64,000 bases of DNA from Gekko japonicus (Eukaryota), in assembly GCF_001447785.1 (NCBI RefSeq), contig NW_015172593.1:298811-362810 (forward strand), in the 5' to 3' direction. Positions 49,230-64,000 of the stretch are shown here, piece by piece. A program made the position numbers and the translations under genes. The notes under the pieces are model-generated. The model made no database searches. It was given only the letters and a program-made list of their open reading frames with translations, and was not told where the DNA came from. The stretch's first letter is position 1; each line of letters starts with the position of its first letter.

Positions 49230-49437
49230 CATGGTTCCCTCTAAGGTGTGGAGACTTGTGAGCAAGATTTCTACTTTGTGAGCTCCTGGCCTTAAAGTGG
49301 TGAGCGAGCCATTTGGCTGCTGCGTCAATCAGTTTTGCTCTGGAGCCCTCCTTCCTGAGCTGAGGCAAAAAACGTGTGAGCCGGAGGCGAAAAATCTGTG
49401 AGCTGGCTCACACTAACTCAGCTTAGAGGGAACGCTG
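49230..49437 (+). mobile_element. hAT-type MITE, same family
   Basis: TSD ctgtcaac. Confidence 0.85.
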
Positions 49438-49729
49438 CTGTCAACCCAATCCTGAGACCTTATTGGGTAAAAGCGTAGTGTGTAATTAAGCCCTCAGTGA
49501 GACAGAACTGAATGTGTGAGGCACCCTCTGCCCCTGTTGTGCCATCCTTCCCCTTCTCATAAATGTTGTGGAGATCCGGGGGTGCAGTCTGAGCCCCTGT
49601 CTTCAGCTTCCCATGTTTCAACACCACCTCTGTCCTTGCCTTCCTAGGCCCTAAGTTTGCTTCGTCTTTCCGTCCCGCTGCTCCTGGCCAGCTGGAGATT
49701 GGGCCACCCAATTCAGCCTGGGAAGAACC

Positions 49730-60400
<10,671 letters not shown>

Positions 60401-60516
60401 TGGAGCGTCCCACCTTCCTGATTCACTGCTTTTTAGTGAATAATCAGAAAAGGGAAAGCAGGTCGAATATTTTGCATATATTAAGGACCCAACTTCCATT
60501 CCTGGTGTTAAAAATG

Positions 60517-60590
60517 AGATAGATAGGTAGGTAGACAGGTAGATAGACAGGTAGATAGACAGGTAGATAGATGGATAGATGGATGATAGA
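60517..60590 (+). repeat. (GATA/GACA/GGTA)n microsatellite
   Basis: agatagataggtaggtagacaggtagatagac... Confidence 0.9.
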
Positions 60591-62625
60591 CACCTGTTTG
60601 GAAGCTGTGTTCTCTTGGGTTGGAGTGACTATCTCTTCAGGTACCTTTTAATGCAAATAGATGCACAGCAGCATGTCCAGTCCCTGCAGCCAGGCCATAG
60701 CGGTTTGGTCTCTAGCATCCTTGCCAATCTGAGGTAGAGGACCTGGGAATTATCTTCACCAAAGACCCACTCAGAATGGGAAGTTCTAGGTTAAGTAGAC
60801 TTTATGCCTGACTTAGTACAAGGCAGCTTCTCCTATAGAGGCTCATTGTGCACTATTTCTTGTGCTTTCAAGTTCAAGTATATGGCTTGCAGCATCCATG
60901 TGCAGACCTGGGGTGGTGGGTGTTTTCTGCAAGCAATTTGGTATTGGGCAGCATATGCAAAATCCCAGGTATTTCAGCTTTTGTTTTGAAAAAGTAAGCC
61001 TATTTCCAGCTATTGTGATGGCACAGACAGGTGTTGAGACGTACAGACAATGCCCGGTGAAATCAGAGGGGCCACAGGTAAGCACAAGCAAGCTTTCCAT
61101 TGGGAAGGTTATCGGGTTTCAGTGCCTTCTTGCCCCCTTTCCATAAGTCATGGCAGCAGAATGAATGAATGCAAAGCAGTATGAACAAGCAAGATGAACA
61201 GCTGGGCTTCTCTGGATGCAGAATTTGGTTACCTTGGCATAGCATCTCAATTTCCCTTGTAAAATCACAGAGTGCACGTAGCTAGAGTACACTGTTCCCA
61301 CTGTCCAAACAGGTGGGTGGCTGGAATCAGGACAGGATGTTCATGGGCGCAAGGTGGCTGGCAAAGCCTCCATCAGAAGCCCTTGGAGGCTGACCCAGGC
61401 ACAAGCCAGCTTCCCTGAGCACCAAACCTGGGTACATTCATCACGTGGAGGCAGGTGGAAAAGACCCGTGTGGCAGTGACTCCATATGGGGGCTACATAG
61501 CATTCGTATGCAGCTTGCCTCGAGCACATGTTAATGCACATTTCCTGTGGCTACTGCTACTACCACAGAGGCTCTCCTTATGATCAGGCCGATCCACGTG
61601 GCAAGCAAGCTCTGGATGTGATGATATCTGAGTAGAGCTGGTGCCACGTGCAGTTTTCATTGGGTCTTGGTGTGGAGGGTAGAGTATGTGAATTAGGGGG
61701 GAAGCCTAAAAGAAGCCAGGAAAGGAGCTCCTCTGGAAAGAGGCATGTACATCTCAACTTTCAAAACAGGGGGGGTTTAATATCCCCCCCCCCAGGGTGT
61801 CTCTGTCCACCATAGGCAAGGCTTCCGCTTCTCAAGGAAGCTGAGCACAGAACTTTGCAATGCTCACCCAAGACTTCATGTTCTTACTTAATGGGGGAAT
61901 AGAAGGCAGGAATGGACCCCATCCATGAAATCAGTGTCAATCGTAGAGAAATAAGCCATACCCTCCTGGATAGCTCCCCCCCCCCAAAAAAGGAATCTAT
62001 CATGCAAAGTGCCCTGGTTTGTGGGAAAACATCCTTAGAGAGTGTGCCCCTGCGCAGGAGGTCCCTTTGCTCGTATGTACAGGCCACCACCAGCCGATAC
62101 ATAGTTCCCCATATTTGGGCTTGGGATGCCTGCCATTCTGAAAATAGCCCAGGAGCCGCGCAATATCTCTTTGTGCCCAAAGCAGCCGCGTGACTGTTCC
62201 CGTGCCTGCCTCATGCTTAGTGAGGGCACCACATCTGCCTCCTTTGGCATGAGCACAGGGCAAGGAGATTCTGACAAGACAGGTGCCGCGTCCGATGTCC
62301 TTCTTGTCTACCTCATCTAACCCCTTTGAGCTCTGAGCCCTCAGAGCATGCAAAACAAAGGCAGATGCACTCACCCTGTCTAATGCAAGCTGCCTTATAA
62401 TGAGTCAGACCTTTGGTCTGTCAAGGTCAGTGTTGTCTACTGTGATAGGCAGCAGCTCTCCGGGGTGGAGGTCTTTGACATCAACCACTGTCTCATCCTT
62501 TAAACTGGAGATGCTGGGGACTGAACTTGGGGCCTTCAGCTTGCCAAGCTGTTGCTCTGCCACAGTGTGCAACCCACTGTGAGGGCTGGACATGTACGGT
62601 TCCTGGCAGGAGTGGGCAGGTGCTA

Positions 62626-62894
62626 GAGAGCCAGTTTGGTGTACTGGTTAACCGCGTGGACTCTAATCTGGGAGAACCGGGTTTGATTCCCCACTCCTCC
62701 ACTTGCAGCTGCTGGAGGACCTTGGGCAAGCCATAGTTCAGTCAGAGCTGTTCTTGAAAGAGCAGTTCTCGAGGGAGCTCTCTCAGCCCCACCTACATCA
62801 CAGGGTGTCTGTTGTGGGGAGGGGAAGGGAAAGGAGTTTGTAAGCCACTCTGAGACTCCTAGTGAAGGGCGGGGTATAAATCCAATCTCTTCTC
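62626..62894 (+). mobile_element. Squam3-like SINE
   Basis: Consensus match. Confidence 0.8.
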
Positions 62895-63049
62895 TAGATC
62901 TGCTAGAGCAGGGGGGTGATTAGCAGGGAAGGGAGGCTGGGCTCTGCGGAAGTGTGACCAGTCTCCTTCACAGACTGGTATATTGTTGCATCAGTGCTTA
63001 GTTGCATCAGTGGTTAGTCCCCGTGGCCCTTTCTTACACGCCCAGGGAA

Positions 63050-63265
63050 ATGCTGATCGCCACTTTGGGGTCAGGAAGCCATTTTTCTCCAGGCCAGTTT
63101 GGCCAGGGATCCTGGAGGGGTTTTTTTTTGTCATCTTCTGGGCATGGAGCAGGGGTCACTGGGTGTGTGGGTGTGGAGGGGGAGGTATTTGTGAATTCCC
63201 TGCATTGTGCAGGGGGTTGGACTAGATGACCCTGGAGGTCCCTTCTGACTCCAGGATTCTATGAT
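63050..63265 (+). mobile_element. CR1 LINE 3' end
   Basis: ggttggactagatgaccctggaggtcccttc...attctatgatt terminus. Confidence 0.75.
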
Positions 63266-63444
63266 TGTTTTAGTGGTAAGGAGGAGCTCAGTCCTTTCCT
63301 AAATGCTTGCATCTGGTAGCAAAGCTGAGCAGACTGTACCCCACTTTTCTCGCCAAATTGATGATTACATTTTAAATCTGTGGCCTTCCCAGCAACTCCC
63401 CCCCCACCAAGAACTTTCATGATTAGGACCCACCGGGGGGGGGT

Positions 63445-63657
63445 AGGGTTGCCAGCTCTGGGTTGGGAAATACCTGGAGGTTTTGGGGGTGGAGCCTGAG
63501 GAGGGCGGAGTTTGGGGAAGAGAGGGACTTCAGTGAGGTCTCATGCCACGGAGTCCATCTTCCATATTGTTCATTTTCTCCAGGTGAACTGATCTCCGTG
63601 GCCTGCAGCTCAGTGTCATCCCAGGTCTCCAGCCACCACCTGGAGCTTAGCAACCCT
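63445..63657. mobile_element. TAGGGTTGCCA-ended MITE family (further copies near 2486, 29090, 35045, 42128, 44359, 46091, 58880)
   Basis: tagggttgccagctctgggttgggaaatacctggag...gcaaccct. Confidence 0.65.
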
Positions 63658-64000
63658 GTGCAGTGGGAATCTAGTTCCCACCCGGCTTCCCTCTCTCGTG
63701 CCCCATCTCTGCTTCGTCGCCTGGTCAGCCCATCCTTCCAAGCTCTTCTTCTTCTCTCATCCTTTTGTCTGGCAAACCACCTGGTCTTTCCTGCCTCCAA
63801 CAGCTTGCCCTTCCTACTCTCCTTAACCCACCTCCAGACCTGTGGTTTCTCTTTCACTTGGTCTTATCCCCTCTCCTGTTTCTTCCACCAAACTCACTTC
63901 CTTCTCTCCCTCTCTCCCCCCCCCTCTGCATCCTTCCTGAATCCCCCCCATGTCAGCCCCTACTCTGCTTCCTAGCCTTTTGCTGCCCCATGGTCTCTCC

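Overview
Vertebrate (squamate, probably gecko, inferred from Sauria SINE, Squam3-like SINE with (TTC)n tails and BovB) genomic DNA orthologous to human 3p25.3. It holds a complete ARPC4 gene (minus strand, 6 coding exons, 168 aa) head-to-head with a complete TADA3 gene (plus strand, 8 coding exons, 432 aa) around a shared CpG-island promoter. These are followed by the 5' part of CAMK1 (plus strand; non-coding exon 1 and two coding exons, continuing past the window end). A CpG-rich element with a perfect RFX X-box near 1.9 kb is probably the promoter of the next gene to the left (TTLL3 by synteny, not seen here). Introns are dense with TEs: 14 copies of one hAT-type MITE with 8-bp TSDs, other MITEs, SINEs, and L2/CR1/BovB/Penelope fragments. 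Two events stand out. (1) An isolated, intact, splice-competent OGG1 exon-5 copy carrying the catalytic PVD motif lies inside ARPC4 intron 2, next to a Penelope fragment. (2) A composite MITE in CAMK1 intron 1 has captured about 590 bp of ARPC4 intron 5, and a preserved TSD shows the direction of copying. All gene and repeat names come from recall of known sequences; no database search was run.
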